DNA of 64,000 nt from an uncultured Chloroflexia bacterium (GTDB lineage: Bacteria > Chloroflexota > Limnocylindria > Limnocylindrales > CSP1-4), in NCBI GenBank assembly GCA_963707215.1, contig CAVPPB010000001.1, positions 192,001 through 256,000 of the forward strand. The letters run 5' to 3'. The notes below the pieces were generated by a model, which saw only the letters and a list, made by a program, of their open reading frames with translations, was not told the DNA's origin and searched no databases. Position 1 is the stretch's first letter. Each line of letters begins with the position of its first letter. A program made the position numbers and the translations under genes. Below are positions 39,746-53,425 of this stretch, piece by piece.

Positions 39746-40068
39746 CGGTCCTCCGTTGCCTCGACTTCCTTCGATCGCCCGGGAGTTGCCAGCGTACCGT
39801 CTCGGCCCGCGCCGCGTCGCACCGGGCAGGGCCCCGGCCCGTGCCAACGCCAGGCGGCCGTACACGGACGGAACACCGCGCTGGACCTCCATTCTAGGCG
39901 CTGCGGAAGGCTCGACCCGGTCCATCCGGCCGCCTCCGGCGGGCCGACCGGCCGGCCGGAGGCGGGACCACCGGCCGTAGGAGCCGTTGCGGACGTCATG
40001 CCCCGCCGGAGCCGGGCGCGGTACCATCGGGAGCGCCCTGAATCACCAGCCCGGAAGGTCGTGCGCCC

Positions 40069-41253
40069 GTGAAGATCCAGGAAGCCGACGCCAAGTCGCT
40101 GCTCGCCGCCCAGGGCCTGCCCGTCCCGCCATGGACCGTCGCTCGCTCCCCGGCCGAGGCCCGCGAAGCCGCCGAACGCTACCTCGCCGAGGGCGCCGGC
40201 CGTGTGGTGGTCAAGGCCCAGGTCCTCGTCGGCGGACGCGGCAAGGCCGGCGGCGTCAAGCTCGCCGGTTCGCCCGCCGAGGCCGAGGCAGTGGCCGGGC
40301 GGATCCTTGGGATGGCCATCAAGGGGATCACCGTCCGCAAGGTCCTGGTGGGGCCCGCGGCCGTCATCGTCAAGGAGTTCTACCTCGGTGCCATCCTCGA
40401 CCGAGCCTCACGGCGGATCGTCCTCATGGCCTCGGCGGAGGGTGGCGTCGAGATCGAGGAGGTGGCCCGGACCACCCCTGAGGCGATCCACCGCGTCGAG
40501 GCCCACCCCCTGCTCGGACTGCTCGACTATCAGGCCCGCCAGCTTGCCTTCGCCGTCGGCCTGGGGGCCGGCGACGTCCGGGACTTCGTGCGGATCGCCA
40601 AGGGCCTGGTGGCCACCATGCAAGCCAACGACGCGGATCTCGTCGAGATCAACCCCCTGGCCATCGTCCGCGAGCGCGGCCCGGAGGGCCAGGTCGAGCG
40701 CCTCTCATGCCTCGACGCCAAGATCACCCTCGACGATTCGGCCCTGCCCCGCCATCCGGACCTCGAGTTGCTCCGGGACCTCGACGAGGAGGATCCCGCC
40801 GATGCGGAGGCGCGCCACTACGACATCAGCTTCATCCATCTGGACGGGACGATCGGCTGCATGGTCAACGGAGCCGGCCTGGCGATGACCACGATGGACC
40901 TGGTCAAGCGGGCCGGCGGCGAGCCGGCCAACTTCCTCGACATCGGCGGTGGCGCCAAGGCCGACCGGGTGGCAGCCGCGATGCGGCTCATCCTGGCCGA
41001 CCCGAACGTCCGGGCCATCCTGGTCAACATCTTCGGCGGCATCACCCGCGGCGACGAGGTCGCTCGCGGGCTCATCGAGGCTCGCTCGCGCCAGGAGCGC
41101 GAGGTCCCGATGGTGGTCCGGATCGTCGGCACCAACGCGGAGGAGGCGGCCCGCCTGCTCCAGGAGGCACGCTTCGAGACGGCGGCCTCGCTCGACGAGG
41201 CGGCTGCCAAGGCCGTCGCGTCGGCGCAGGCAGCGGGAGGTTCCGCGGCATGA
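40069..41253 (+). CDS. sucC: Succinyl-CoA synthetase beta subunit
   Basis: [42 protein letters not shown]. Confidence 0.97.
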   Translation: MKIQEADAKSLLAAQGLPVPPWTVARSPAEAREAAERYLAEGAGRVVVKAQVLVGGRGKAGGVKLAGSPAEAEAVAGRILGMAIKGITVRKVLVGPAAVIVKEFYLGAILDRASRRIVLMASAEGGVEIEEVARTTPEAIHRVEAHPLLGLLDYQARQLAFAVGLGAGDVRDFVRIAKGLVATMQANDADLVEINPLAIVRERGPEGQVERLSCLDAKITLDDSALPRHPDLELLRDLDEEDPADAEARHYDISFIHLDGTIGCMVNGAGLAMTTMDLVKRAGGEPANFLDIGGGAKADRVAAAMRLILADPNVRAILVNIFGGITRGDEVARGLIEARSRQEREVPMVVRIVGTNAEEAARLLQEARFETAASLDEAAAKAVASAQAAGGSAA

Positions 41254-42134
41254 GCATCCTGATCGACAACGACACCCGCCTCGTCGTCCAGGGCATCACC
41301 GGCCGCGAGGGCGAGTTCCATTCCCGCCAGATGCTCGAGTACGGGACCCGGATCGTCGCCGGGGTGACGCCGGGCAAGGGAGGCCTCCACGCCCTCGAGA
41401 ACCGCGTGCCGGTCTTCGACACGGTCGCCGAGGCGGTCGCCCAGACCGGAGCGAACACGTCCTGCATCTTCGTCCCGGCCGGCGGCGCGCCCGACGCCGT
41501 GCTCGAGGCGGTCGGGGCCGGCATCGAGACGGTCTTCTGCATCACCGAGGGCATCCCGGCGCTCGACATGCTGCCGGTCGTTGAGGTCGTCAGCGCGGCG
41601 GGAGCCCGGCTGATCGGCCCCAACTGCCCCGGGGCGACCTCGCCGGGCCGAGCCAAGGTCGGCATCATCCCGGGTTCCATCCATCGCGAGGGTCGGGCCG
41701 GGGTGGTCAGCCGTTCCGGGACCCTGACCTACGAGGCGGTCCAGGCGATGACCGATGCCGGGATCGGTCAGAGCACCTGCGTCGGGATCGGTGGTGACCC
41801 GATCATCGGGACCACCTTCCTCGACGTCCTCAAGCTGTTCGCGGAAGACCCCGAGACCGAGGCGATCGTCCTGATCGGCGAGATCGGCGGTGCGGCCGAG
41901 GAAGAGGCGGCAGCCTGGGCGGCCGAGCATCTCCAGGGGGTCCCCATGGCCGCCTTCATCGCCGGCCGGACCGCGCCGGAAGGCAAGCGCATGGGTCATG
42001 CCGGGGCGATCATCTCTGGCGGGCGCGGCACCGCGGCCGAGAAGATCTCCGCCCTGGAGGCTGCTGGGATCCGGGTCGCCGGCTCACCCGCCGAGCTCCC
42101 GGCTCTCCTGCGCGAGGCCGGCTACCGCGGCTAG
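41250..42134 (+). CDS. sucD: Succinyl-CoA synthetase alpha subunit
   Basis: [27 protein letters not shown] phospho-His. Confidence 0.97.
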   Translation: MSILIDNDTRLVVQGITGREGEFHSRQMLEYGTRIVAGVTPGKGGLHALENRVPVFDTVAEAVAQTGANTSCIFVPAGGAPDAVLEAVGAGIETVFCITEGIPALDMLPVVEVVSAAGARLIGPNCPGATSPGRAKVGIIPGSIHREGRAGVVSRSGTLTYEAVQAMTDAGIGQSTCVGIGGDPIIGTTFLDVLKLFAEDPETEAIVLIGEIGGAAEEEAAAWAAEHLQGVPMAAFIAGRTAPEGKRMGHAGAIISGGRGTAAEKISALEAAGIRVAGSPAELPALLREAGYRG

Positions 42135-42136
42135 CT

Positions 42137-42176
42137 CGACCGGCACCGGTCCGTCGACGGGTCCCGCGGCCGGTCG
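42137..42176. terminator. Possible bidirectional hairpin between convergent genes
   Basis: cgaccggc...gccggtcg inverted repeat. Confidence 0.4.
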
Positions 42177-42578
42177 TCAGCGACCGAAGGCGCTGCGGAC
42201 GTTGGCCCGGAACAGGTAGACGAACACGATCAGCGGGATCAGCGACGCGCCGATCGCCTGCGGCCAGCCGACGTTGCCACCGAGGGCGGCGAGCGCGTTG
42301 ACGACGACCTGGCCGCCCGAGACGAGCACCGCGAGCACCCAGGCCCAGGGACGCAGGTCGGCGAGCGCCCAGGCGACGAAGAAGTAGACCGCGGCGATCC
42401 CGAGGTAGACGGCGCCCATGACCGCGATCGGCAGGGCCGGCGAATCGGCCGTGCTCAGGAGCGTGGCGGCGGAGCCGATGAGCGACACGATCCCGAAGGC
42501 CAGCGGGCCCACTCCGCCCAGCGCCACCAGCACGGCCACGACGGTGACCCCGGTCGGACGTCGACCTTCACCCAGCAT
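42177..42578 (-). CDS. Four-TM hypothetical membrane protein
   Basis: RRPTGVTVVAVL start, LRPWAW, YLFRANVRSAF; GGAGGG RBS. Confidence 0.75.
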   Translation of the reverse strand: MLGEGRRPTGVTVVAVLVALGGVGPLAFGIVSLIGSAATLLSTADSPALPIAVMGAVYLGIAAVYFFVAWALADLRPWAWVLAVLVSGGQVVVNALAALGGNVGWPQAIGASLIPLIVFVYLFRANVRSAFGR

Positions 42579-42710
42579 GGTTCCCTCCAGCGATCCCTGT
42601 CTCGCACCGGGTAGACGTCGCCCGTGCCCGGCGATGGTAGTCCAGTCGGGTCCCGCGGGGCTCGGCGACCGCGAGGTCGCTCCGACCTGCACCAGGCGGG
42701 TCGGGCCGGA

Positions 42711-43169
42711 TCAGTAGCCCAATGCGCTCCAGGCCGGCCCGCCGGGCCCCTCGATCAGCTCGACCAGGACGCCGTGGCAGCTCTTCGGATGGAGGAAGGC
42801 GACCGGGCCTTCAGCTCCCTTCCGTGGGGAGGTGTCGATCAGCTCGATGCCGTCGATCTCGAGGCGGAGCAGCGCCTCGGCGAGATTCGGGACCTCGAAG
42901 CAGATGTGGTGGAAGCCCTCGCCCCTGGCCTCGAGGAAGCGGGCCACCCCGGTCGTGTCGTCGGTCGGACGGACGAGCTCGATCTTGACCTCGCCGACGG
43001 GCAGGAAGGCGATGTCGACGCGGTCGGATGGGATCGGCATGACCGTCTCGAGCTCGAGACCCAGGGTCCGCTGCCAGAGCCCCAGGGCGGCCTCCATGTC
43101 AGCGACCACGACGGCGACATGATGGATCCGCCCGATCCGGCGGATCGACTCGGGTACGGCGGCGTTCAT
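42711..43169 (-). CDS. mce: Methylmalonyl-CoA epimerase
   Basis: IHHVAVVV, KIELV, GEGFHHICFEV, FLHPKSCHGVLVELIE. Confidence 0.93.
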   Translation of the reverse strand: MNAAVPESIRRIGRIHHVAVVVADMEAALGLWQRTLGLELETVMPIPSDRVDIAFLPVGEVKIELVRPTDDTTGVARFLEARGEGFHHICFEVPNLAEALLRLEIDGIELIDTSPRKGAEGPVAFLHPKSCHGVLVELIEGPGGPAWSALGY

Positions 43170-43761
43170 GGGCGCGGGTCCCTCCACATCGACCACAGCA
43201 GCGGCAGTCCCGGGTCCGGCCGGACGGTCGCGGCGGCCCCGAAGCCGAGCCGCTCGTAGAAGGGCAGCGTACGCGGGTTCGAGGTCACCAGGTGGACCGG
43301 CATCGCCAGCCGGTCCGCCTCCGCGAGGCGGGGCTCCACGAGGGCCCGGCCGACTCCCCTGCCCTGCGCCCCGGGTCGGACGGCCACATAGACGCAGGTC
43401 CGATGCGCGACCGCAGGCACGGCCGCTTCGGTCGATGCGAGGGCCTCCATCGCCCGCGCGGCCCAGGGCCCTGCGGTCCGATCGATCACGGCCTGGAGCT
43501 CCACGTATTCGTCGGGCTCGGCGAAATCGTCGCCCTCGGCCCAGCAGGTGATGCCGAGTTCGTCGTCGGCCAGCCAGAACTCGCCGTGAGAGCGAAGCTG
43601 GCGGACGTCCAACGAGAACCATTCACCGGCCCCCGCCCGGTAGGCCTCCGGCCCCGGCCAGATGGCACGGAAGAACGGGTCGGCGACGAACGCCTCGACC
43701 AGGATGTCCACGAGCGTCCCCACGTCCGCAGCGGTCGCGGACCGGATCGCGGGCGCCGCCA

Positions 43762-43762
<1 letters not shown>
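43166..43762 (-). CDS. GNAT family N-acetyltransferase
   Basis: AFVADPF, VRPGAQGRGVGRAL acetyl-CoA motif, FYERLGF. Confidence 0.9.
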
Positions 43763-45423
<1,661 letters not shown>

Positions 45424-45432
45424 GCGCGGAGC

Positions 45433-46062
45433 CTACTCGATGGCGACGAGGAGGTCGCCGACCTCGACCGTGACCCCGGGCCCGACATCGACCCGGGCGA
45501 CCGTGCCGGCCCGGGGGGACCGGAGCTCGTTCTGCATCTTCATCGCCTCGACGACCAGCATCGGCTGGCCGGCCGCGACTTCATCGCCGGGGGCGACGGC
45601 GACCGACACGACGCGGCCCGGGAAGACGGAACGGACCTCGGTCGGGCCGCCGTGTCCGGCCGCCTCGCCGGCCCGCCGGGCACGCTCGCGGAGCGTGGCC
45701 CGACGCTCGGGCTCCAACTCCACCTCGACCCTCCAGCCGTCGACCAGGACCTCCTGCCGGACGACGCCGTCCGGCCCGCCGATCGGCGGACCGATGAAGA
45801 CCACGTTGGCGGTCGAGGCGGGGGCTCCGGAGCGGCTGATCCTGGCCCGGTCGGGCCCCCTGGGCTCCAGCCCGACCTCGAGCCGTTCGCCATCGACGAG
45901 TACGGCGTGCGCCTCGTCAGGCGGTGCCTCGCCCCCCGCCGCTGAGGCGTCGAGCGGGGCGACGACGAGCGCTTCGACACCTGCGACGCGGCTGGCCGGA
46001 CCCGGTCCGACGCGGACCGCACGATCGGCGGCAGAGAGCCGCGCGGTGGTCAGCTCGGCCAT
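45433..46062 (-). CDS. Biotin carboxyl carrier protein
   Basis: EAMKMQNE biotinylation motif at the C-terminus. Confidence 0.92.
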   Translation of the reverse strand: MAELTTARLSAADRAVRVGPGPASRVAGVEALVVAPLDASAAGGEAPPDEAHAVLVDGERLEVGLEPRGPDRARISRSGAPASTANVVFIGPPIGGPDGVVRQEVLVDGWRVEVELEPERRATLRERARRAGEAAGHGGPTEVRSVFPGRVVSVAVAPGDEVAAGQPMLVVEAMKMQNELRSPRAGTVARVDVGPGVTVEVGDLLVAIE

Positions 46063-47660
46063 CGGTCCCGCCCGGTCTCGAGGGCCGCCGCCCGCCAGGC
46101 AGACGGCCGGCGCCCGACCCCGTCCAGCCGGTCCCGGACCCTGGCCGCATCGGCGGGCTCCCCGGTGGCCGGACCCGAGCCACCCGCCCGACCGCGGGCG
46201 GTGCCGCCGACCAAGTGGTCCAGGGCCGCCGCCAGGAGGCCGGTCCGGACGGCCCGGGCCTGCTCGACCTCACCGTCCCAGCGCTGCCCTACGAAGTCGG
46301 TGGACAGGTCGCCGGCACGGAAGGCTGGATCGTCGGTCACGAACCGGTGGAACGGGACCGTCGTCTGGATCCCGCCGACCTCGACCTCGTCGAGGGACCG
46401 GCGGAGGCGTTCGATCGCGGCAGGTCGATCGGCGGCGTGGACCATGAGCTTGGCGATGAGGTTGTCGTACTCGGGGGGCACCAGGTCACCCGCCTCGATG
46501 GCCGTGTCGACACGGACTCCGGGTCCAGCGGGCATGACCCAGCGGCTCACCCGCCCGGGGGTCGGCACGAAGGCCCGGCCCGGATCCTCGGCGGCGATCC
46601 GCGCCTCGATGGCGTGGCTTGCGGGCTCCGCGGCGCGCGCCGCAGCCGATACCGCCGCGGTGGAGAGCGGCTCGCCGGCCGCCAGCCTGAATTGCTCCTG
46701 GACGATATCGAGTCCCGAGACGAGCTCGGTGACCCCGTGTTCCACCTGGAGGCGGGTGTTGACCTCCAGAAAGTAGAAGTCGCGGCTGCCGTCGTAGAGG
46801 AACTCGCAGGTTGCCGCGTTCTGGAGGCCCGCGGCCCTGGTCACCCTGACAGCAAGCTCGTGGAGGTGGCGCCGCTGTCCCCCCGTGAGGCCGGGAGCCG
46901 GTGCCTCCTCGATCAGCTTCTGGTGCCGCCGCTGGATCGAGCAGTCCCGCTCACCCAGCGCGACGACGGTGCCGAAGGCGTCCCCGAGGAGCTGGACCTC
47001 GATGTGCCGGGCGGGTTGGACCACCCGCTCGATATACACCGCACCGTCGCCGAACGCCGACGCGGCCTCGGCGGAGCCGGCAGCCAGGGCGGCCGGCAGG
47101 TCCTCGGGCCGCTCCACTCGCCGCATGCCCCGTCCCCCACCCCCGGCGGCTGCCTTGACCATCACCGGGAAGCCGATCTCGCGGGCGCGCTCGACGATGT
47201 CCTGGACCCTGTCGGGCCGATCGACGGCCACCGGCTCGAGAGTCCCGGGGACCGACGCGACTCCGGCCGCGGCAGCCGTCCGCCGTGCCGCCAGCTTGTC
47301 GCCGAGCGCTTCGATCGATGTCGACGGCGGGCCGACGAAGACGAGGCCGGCGTCCTCGCAGGCCCGGGCGAAGGCCGCCCGCTCGGCGAGGAACCCGTAG
47401 CCAGGGTGGACCGCCTGGGCGCCGGTCGCCAGAGCCGCGTCGACGATCCGGTCCATCCGAAGGTAGCTCTCGGTCGGCGGCGGAGGGCCGATCCGGACCG
47501 CCCGGTCGGCAAGGCGAACGTGACTCGACGCGACGTCTGCATCCGAGTAGACCGCGACCGACTCCATCCCGAGCTCCTGGCAGGCTCGGATGATCCGGAC
47601 GGCGATCTCGCCCCGGTTGGCGACGAGGACGCGTTCGAACGGACGACCTCGCTCCGTCAT
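46050..47660 (-). CDS. Biotin carboxylase subunit of an acyl-CoA carboxylase
   Basis: ANRGEIA, HPGYGFLAE, GGGGRGMR, RDCSIQRRHQK, EVNTRLQVEH. Confidence 0.95.
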   Translation of the reverse strand: MTERGRPFERVLVANRGEIAVRIIRACQELGMESVAVYSDADVASSHVRLADRAVRIGPPPPTESYLRMDRIVDAALATGAQAVHPGYGFLAERAAFARACEDAGLVFVGPPSTSIEALGDKLAARRTAAAAGVASVPGTLEPVAVDRPDRVQDIVERAREIGFPVMVKAAAGGGGRGMRRVERPEDLPAALAAGSAEAASAFGDGAVYIERVVQPARHIEVQLLGDAFGTVVALGERDCSIQRRHQKLIEEAPAPGLTGGQRRHLHELAVRVTRAAGLQNAATCEFLYDGSRDFYFLEVNTRLQVEHGVTELVSGLDIVQEQFRLAAGEPLSTAAVSAAARAAEPASHAIEARIAAEDPGRAFVPTPGRVSRWVMPAGPGVRVDTAIEAGDLVPPEYDNLIAKLMVHAADRPAAIERLRRSLDEVEVGGIQTTVPFHRFVTDDPAFRAGDLSTDFVGQRWDGEVEQARAVRTGLLAAALDHLVGGTARGRAGGSGPATGEPADAARVRDRLDGVGRRPSAWRAAALETGRDRWPS

Positions 47661-47688
47661 GCGCTTCTACGGCCGAGCAGATGAACGG

Positions 47689-47706
47689 CGTCTTTGCGCA
47701 AGGACG
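47689..47706. promoter_or_regulatory. Near-palindrome CGTCTTTGCGCAAGGACG, candidate operator (copy 2)
   Basis: One mismatch from the core of the palindrome at 49324-49345. Confidence 0.55.
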
Positions 47707-47723
47707 GGCCGGGCCGAGGAGAG

Positions 47724-49275
<1,552 letters not shown>

Positions 49276-49323
49276 GCGCACGAGCGCTCGCTCCTTTCAT
49301 CCGCGGGACCGCATCGGCCGAGC

Positions 49324-49345
49324 GCTGTCCTTGCGCAAGGACAGC
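49324..49345. promoter_or_regulatory. Perfect 22-bp palindrome GCTGTCCTTGCGCAAGGACAGC, candidate operator (copy 1)
   Basis: Lies just downstream of a minus-strand TATGAT -10 (49356-49361) of the carboxylase operon. Confidence 0.6.
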
Positions 49346-49455
49346 CGGCCGGCCAATCATAGCGGTCGGACCGACCGCTCCGACGACGCGACCCGGAAAG
49401 ACACGGCAAGGATGCTCGAGTGATCGGACGACGGTCGCCGTTCCCGATGGCGTCG

Positions 49456-49498
49456 TTATCCACAGGAATGGTGGATGAATCGCCCCCGCTGTGGATAA
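49456..49498. promoter_or_regulatory. Two perfect DnaA boxes in opposite orientations
   Basis: TTATCCACA 49456-49464 and TGTGGATAA 49490-49498, with a 2-mismatch GGTGGATGA between them. Confidence 0.85.
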
Positions 49499-49503
49499 CC
49501 GGC

Positions 49504-49532
49504 ATGTCACGACGCCGAGGCTGGGGTAGGAT
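49504..49532 (+). promoter_or_regulatory. Candidate parAB promoter ATGTCA-N17-TAGGAT
   Basis: Hexamers at 49504-49509 and 49527-49532. Confidence 0.5.
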
Positions 49533-49595
49533 GCCCGCACTCCGACCCTCGTTCCGCCCATCGATCCGAGCGAAGCCACCCCGAGGTTAGACCGA

Positions 49596-50369
49596 GTGAC
49601 CAACGTGATCGCCATCGCCAACCAGAAGGGTGGTGTCGGCAAGACGACGACGGCCATCAACCTGGCCGGCGCCCTTGCCGAGGAGGGCTACCGTGTGCTC
49701 TGCGTCGACATGGATCCGCAGGCCAACCTGTCGGCCGGTCTCGGCATCAACCTCAACATGGTCGAGCGCACGATGTCGGACGTCCTGTCCGACGATGGGA
49801 CCGACCTGAGGGAGATCGTGCTCCCGACGGAGACGGCGGGCATCGACATCGCCCCGGCGAACATCGACCTGGCATCAACGGAAGGCGAGCTGTTCACCAT
49901 GCTCGGCCGAGAGTCGATCCTCCGCGAGGCGATCGAGGGGCACGTCGACGACGCCTACGATTTCGTGCTGATCGATTGCCCACCGAACCTGGGGCTCCTG
50001 ACCGTCAACGGCCTGGTCGCAGCGGACAGCGTGATCATCCCCGTCCAGACGCAGTACTACGCCATGAAGGGCCTCAACAACCTGGTCAAGGTGATCAACA
50101 CGATCCGCCAGAAGTTGAACGGCGACCTGCGGATCCTCGGGCTCCTGCCGACCTTCTACGACGGCAGGACGAACCTGGCCCGCGACATGCTCGACGAGAT
50201 GCGTGTCGTCGGCGACCACCACGTCTTCGCGACGATCATCAAGACGACCGTCCGCCTCGGCGAGGCGCCGCTCGCCGGCCGACCGATCACGGTGTACGCA
50301 AGCTCGTCCGCAGCGGCTCGCGCCTACCGCGAGCTTGCGCAGGAGGTGGTGGGACTTGTCCAGGCCTGA
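49596..50369 (+). CDS. parA: Chromosome partitioning ATPase ParA/Soj
   Basis: [11 protein letters not shown] deviant Walker [16 protein letters not shown]. Confidence 0.95.
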   Translation: MTNVIAIANQKGGVGKTTTAINLAGALAEEGYRVLCVDMDPQANLSAGLGINLNMVERTMSDVLSDDGTDLREIVLPTETAGIDIAPANIDLASTEGELFTMLGRESILREAIEGHVDDAYDFVLIDCPPNLGLLTVNGLVAADSVIIPVQTQYYAMKGLNNLVKVINTIRQKLNGDLRILGLLPTFYDGRTNLARDMLDEMRVVGDHHVFATIIKTTVRLGEAPLAGRPITVYASSSAAARAYRELAQEVVGLVQA

Positions 50370-51357
50370 TTTCCGCGCGGTCGCCGCGCGCCGACTGTCC
50401 GAGGATCGCGAGCTCTCGCCGGCGATCGTCAGCCTGCTCTCCCCCGACGCGTCCGGACCGACGCAGGGTGTCCGGGTGATCCCGTTGGACCGGATCGAAC
50501 CGAACCCGGATCAGCCGCGCATCCAGTTCGACGAGGCAACGCTCGATGAGCTCGCGGCATCCATCCGCGAACATGGCGTGCTCCAGCCGATCCTCGTCCG
50601 TCCGACCGGCCCGAACCGCTACCAGCTCATCGCCGGCGAGCGTCGGTGGCGCGCGTCGCGGACGGCCGGGATGACGACGATCCCGGCGCTCATCGAGGAG
50701 ATCGACGACGACGCCGCCCTGGAGATCGCGATCATCGAGAACCTTCAGCGCGAGGACCTGTCGCCCCTGGACGAGGCGCTGATGTACGACCGGATGGTCA
50801 AGGACCACGGCTACTCGATCCGTCGACTCGCCCAGAAGCTCGGCAAGGACAAAGGCTATCTCGAGAACCGGCTCCGCCTGGCCGATGCCCCCGACGAGAT
50901 CAAGGAGTTGGTGTCCGTACGCAAAGACACGCTCTCGCACGCGTACGAACTCCTCAAGGTCCCGGACCCGAAGCGACGACGGCGGCTGGCAGGGCAGGTC
51001 GCCAGCGGGGAGCTGTCGCTGGTCAAGCTCCGTGAGCGGATCGAGGGCCGGCGCCCGCGGGTTCGCGCCGACGAGCCCGCCGCCGACACCTCGACCGAGG
51101 AGGCCCCCGAGGACCTGGCCGACGCTGCCTGGTCCGCTCGGTCGACGCCCATCCCGCTGAACGACGATTCGCTCGTCCAGGCCAAGCAGGAGCTCGCTGA
51201 TGCGGTCGAGGGTCTTGTCGGGGTGCTGCGCGAGCCGGAGGTCCTCGACTCGATCGGTTCGACCGATCGGGCCAACCTGGCCAAGTACCTGACGATCGCC
51301 AAGCTCCGGCTGGAGAACGTGATCGCCCTGGTCCGGAGCGGAGAGCCGCACGACTGA
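50356..51357 (+). CDS. parB: Chromosome partitioning protein ParB/Spo0J
   Basis: [36 protein letters not shown]; TTG start after AGGAGG. Confidence 0.93.
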   Translation: MSRPDFRAVAARRLSEDRELSPAIVSLLSPDASGPTQGVRVIPLDRIEPNPDQPRIQFDEATLDELAASIREHGVLQPILVRPTGPNRYQLIAGERRWRASRTAGMTTIPALIEEIDDDAALEIAIIENLQREDLSPLDEALMYDRMVKDHGYSIRRLAQKLGKDKGYLENRLRLADAPDEIKELVSVRKDTLSHAYELLKVPDPKRRRRLAGQVASGELSLVKLRERIEGRRPRVRADEPAADTSTEEAPEDLADAAWSARSTPIPLNDDSLVQAKQELADAVEGLVGVLREPEVLDSIGSTDRANLAKYLTIAKLRLENVIALVRSGEPHD

Positions 51358-51415
51358 CCTGCTCCACGCCCCCGGCCGACGGATCGTCGATCGGGCGGGG
51401 CCACCCGAGACATGA

Positions 51416-51448
51416 CGGAAGGGCCGGCGCCAAGCGCCGGCCCTTCCG
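51416..51448. terminator. Bidirectional hairpin between parB and the convergent gene
   Basis: cggaagggccggcgc-caa-gcgccggcccttccg. Confidence 0.75.
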
Positions 51449-51498
51449 CTGCGATGGAACCGAGCCGGGGAAGCGCGGCCCCGCGGCCCGGACGTTGG

Positions 51499-51957
51499 TT
51501 ACGGGTTCGGCTTCGGTGGCTTCTCGGGCTTCGGTGGCTTCTCGGGCTTCGGCATCCGGCCGTCGTTCTCGACCGCCTCGGGCGGGGCCGGAGCACCGAC
51601 CTCGACGAGTCCTCGAGCCACGGCCGAGACGTAGGCCCCGTGGTTTCGCCAGCCCTCGGGCGTGACGCCGCGGGCGGCCTCGGAGACCGTCGCCCCATGG
51701 GTTCCCTCGGCCTCCTCCGACTCCTCTTCCTCCTCGGGGTCCTTCACCTCCGGCTCTTCCATGTCGGCTGGCATCGCCAGATCGGCCAGGAGGCCCGGCG
51801 GGACGGTCTTGCCGGTCGCCGCCTCGGCCACGGCGAGGCCCGGGGCCCTGTCAAGTCCGGCGTGGGCGGCCCCGGGGAAGGGGCCAGCCGCCAGGGCCGC
51901 GCCGGCCGTCAGAGCCAGGACGGCGAGAGCGGTCAGGAGTCCGCGGGTGGATCGCAT
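51499..51957 (-). CDS. Secreted hypothetical protein with two HGxxVSxxAR motifs and KPEKPP tail repeats
   Basis: Signal peptide ending ALA; GGAGGAG RBS; 18-bp tandem repeat at 51509-51552. Confidence 0.8.
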   Translation of the reverse strand: MRSTRGLLTALAVLALTAGAALAAGPFPGAAHAGLDRAPGLAVAEAATGKTVPPGLLADLAMPADMEEPEVKDPEEEEESEEAEGTHGATVSEAARGVTPEGWRNHGAYVSAVARGLVEVGAPAPPEAVENDGRMPKPEKPPKPEKPPKPNP

Positions 51958-52005
51958 GGGTGGTTCGTCTCCTCCGTGAGAGGGGGCAGGTCGCTCATGA
52001 TAGGG

Positions 52006-52030
52006 AACGACGGAAGCGACGCTCCGTTAC
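52006..52030 (-). promoter_or_regulatory. Candidate ECF promoter GTAAC-N16-CGTT
   Basis: Minus strand gtaac-ggagcgtcgcttccgt-cgtt, about 50 nt upstream of the secreted protein gene. Confidence 0.5.
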
Positions 52031-52108
52031 GCCTCCAGAGGTCCCGACCACCCCACGACCATCGTCCGGCGGGTCGTATCGCGGCGACCACGCAGCGCCG
52101 GTCCGCCC

Positions 52109-52972
52109 CTACCCCACGCCGTCGACGAGCACCGCGAGGACCCAGCCCACGGCCACGACCCCGGCGCCGACGGCCTGTGCCTCCCAACCGAGCTGGCGAC
52201 GCGGAAGGCGTGCCGCCGGCCCGGGCCTGGAGAGGAAGAGACCCGCCAGGATGACGCCGCCTCCGCCGACCGCGATGGCCGTGCCCGTCGTGGATCCGTC
52301 GAGGATCGCCAGGGATCCCAGCGCGAGCCCGACGACCGCGGTCTGGAGTGCGGCCGTCGCCCACCACGTCCGCTGCCGACCCAGGCGAACGGCGGGGGTC
52401 GCCGTCCCTGATCGCCGATCCGGATCGACGTCGGCCAGCGGGTTGGCGAGGGCCAGCGCAGCCCCCTCGAGCGAGGCGACCGGGACGAGCACGATGAATG
52501 GCGCCGGTAGCGAGCCGGTCGCTCCGAGCCAGGCATAGACCGGGAGGAGCGGGATCGCGACCGCGTAGGGCGCCCATGCCCAGGCGGTGCCCTTGAGCGC
52601 CACGTCGTAGAGAAGCCCGGCGCCCGTCCCGACGATCGCGACGAGGAGGACCGCCGGCCCGAAGATCGACGACAGCACCAGCCCGATCGAGAGGCTGCCG
52701 ATGGCAACGACGAGCGCTGCATCGGGCCCGATCGCGCCCGCAGGGATCGGCTTGGTGGGCTGGTCGCGTGCGTCGCGCTCGGCATCGACGACGTCGTTCA
52801 CGGCACCGATCCCGAACTGGAGCCAGGTCATGGCGACCCCGAGGATCGTCGCCGCCAGGAGCCCACCACCAGCCACGAAGGCGATCGCTGCCGTCACCAG
52901 GCCATCCAGGATGGACGGGAAGGGATGGACGAGACGGGCCAGGCCCGCGAGCAGCCGACGCATCGCCGTCAC
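52109..52972 (-). CDS. UbiA family prenyltransferase
   Basis: NDVVDAERD...KPIPAG and NPLADVDPD Asp-rich motifs, multiple TMs. Confidence 0.88.
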   Translation of the reverse strand: MTAMRRLLAGLARLVHPFPSILDGLVTAAIAFVAGGGLLAATILGVAMTWLQFGIGAVNDVVDAERDARDQPTKPIPAGAIGPDAALVVAIGSLSIGLVLSSIFGPAVLLVAIVGTGAGLLYDVALKGTAWAWAPYAVAIPLLPVYAWLGATGSLPAPFIVLVPVASLEGAALALANPLADVDPDRRSGTATPAVRLGRQRTWWATAALQTAVVGLALGSLAILDGSTTGTAIAVGGGGVILAGLFLSRPGPAARLPRRQLGWEAQAVGAGVVAVGWVLAVLVDGVG

Positions 52973-52987
52973 GACGCCGGCGTCGAT

Positions 52988-53353
52988 CTAGGCGAAGACG
53001 AAATCGTGGAAGTTGTCGACGAGGTGGTCGACGATCCGGTCGCGGGCATCGGGGTAGCGGCTCCGCAGGCCGGGGACCAGAGCGTAGAGCGTCGTCGCAG
53101 GCACGATCTGGTTGCCGTCGGCATCCCGACCGACCACCGCGGGCGGACCGCCGCCGGATGCGAACACCTGTTCGAATTCTGCCTCGCCGAGCCGCGTCGA
53201 CGCGCGGAACCGATCGAGCACCTGCACGATCCCCCGGCGGATCACCATGTCGCGGAGGAGCTCGGCTGCCCAGGCATCCAGTTGGGCGTCGTCCTGATCA
53301 CCGAGACGGCTGCGGTACTCGGTCGGGTCGGCGGCGAGACCGGTCGCTCCCAC
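52988..53353 (-). CDS. Hypothetical protein (121 aa)
   Basis: AGGAGG RBS, globular composition, operon-like spacing. Confidence 0.75.
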   Translation of the reverse strand: MGATGLAADPTEYRSRLGDQDDAQLDAWAAELLRDMVIRRGIVQVLDRFRASTRLGEAEFEQVFASGGGPPAVVGRDADGNQIVPATTLYALVPGLRSRYPDARDRIVDHLVDNFHDFVFA

Positions 53354-53425
53354 GGGTCCTCCTGGCGTCGGCTCACGGGTCGGAGGTCAGTATGCCAGAG
53401 CGCCGCAGCACCGAAGGGACGGCCC

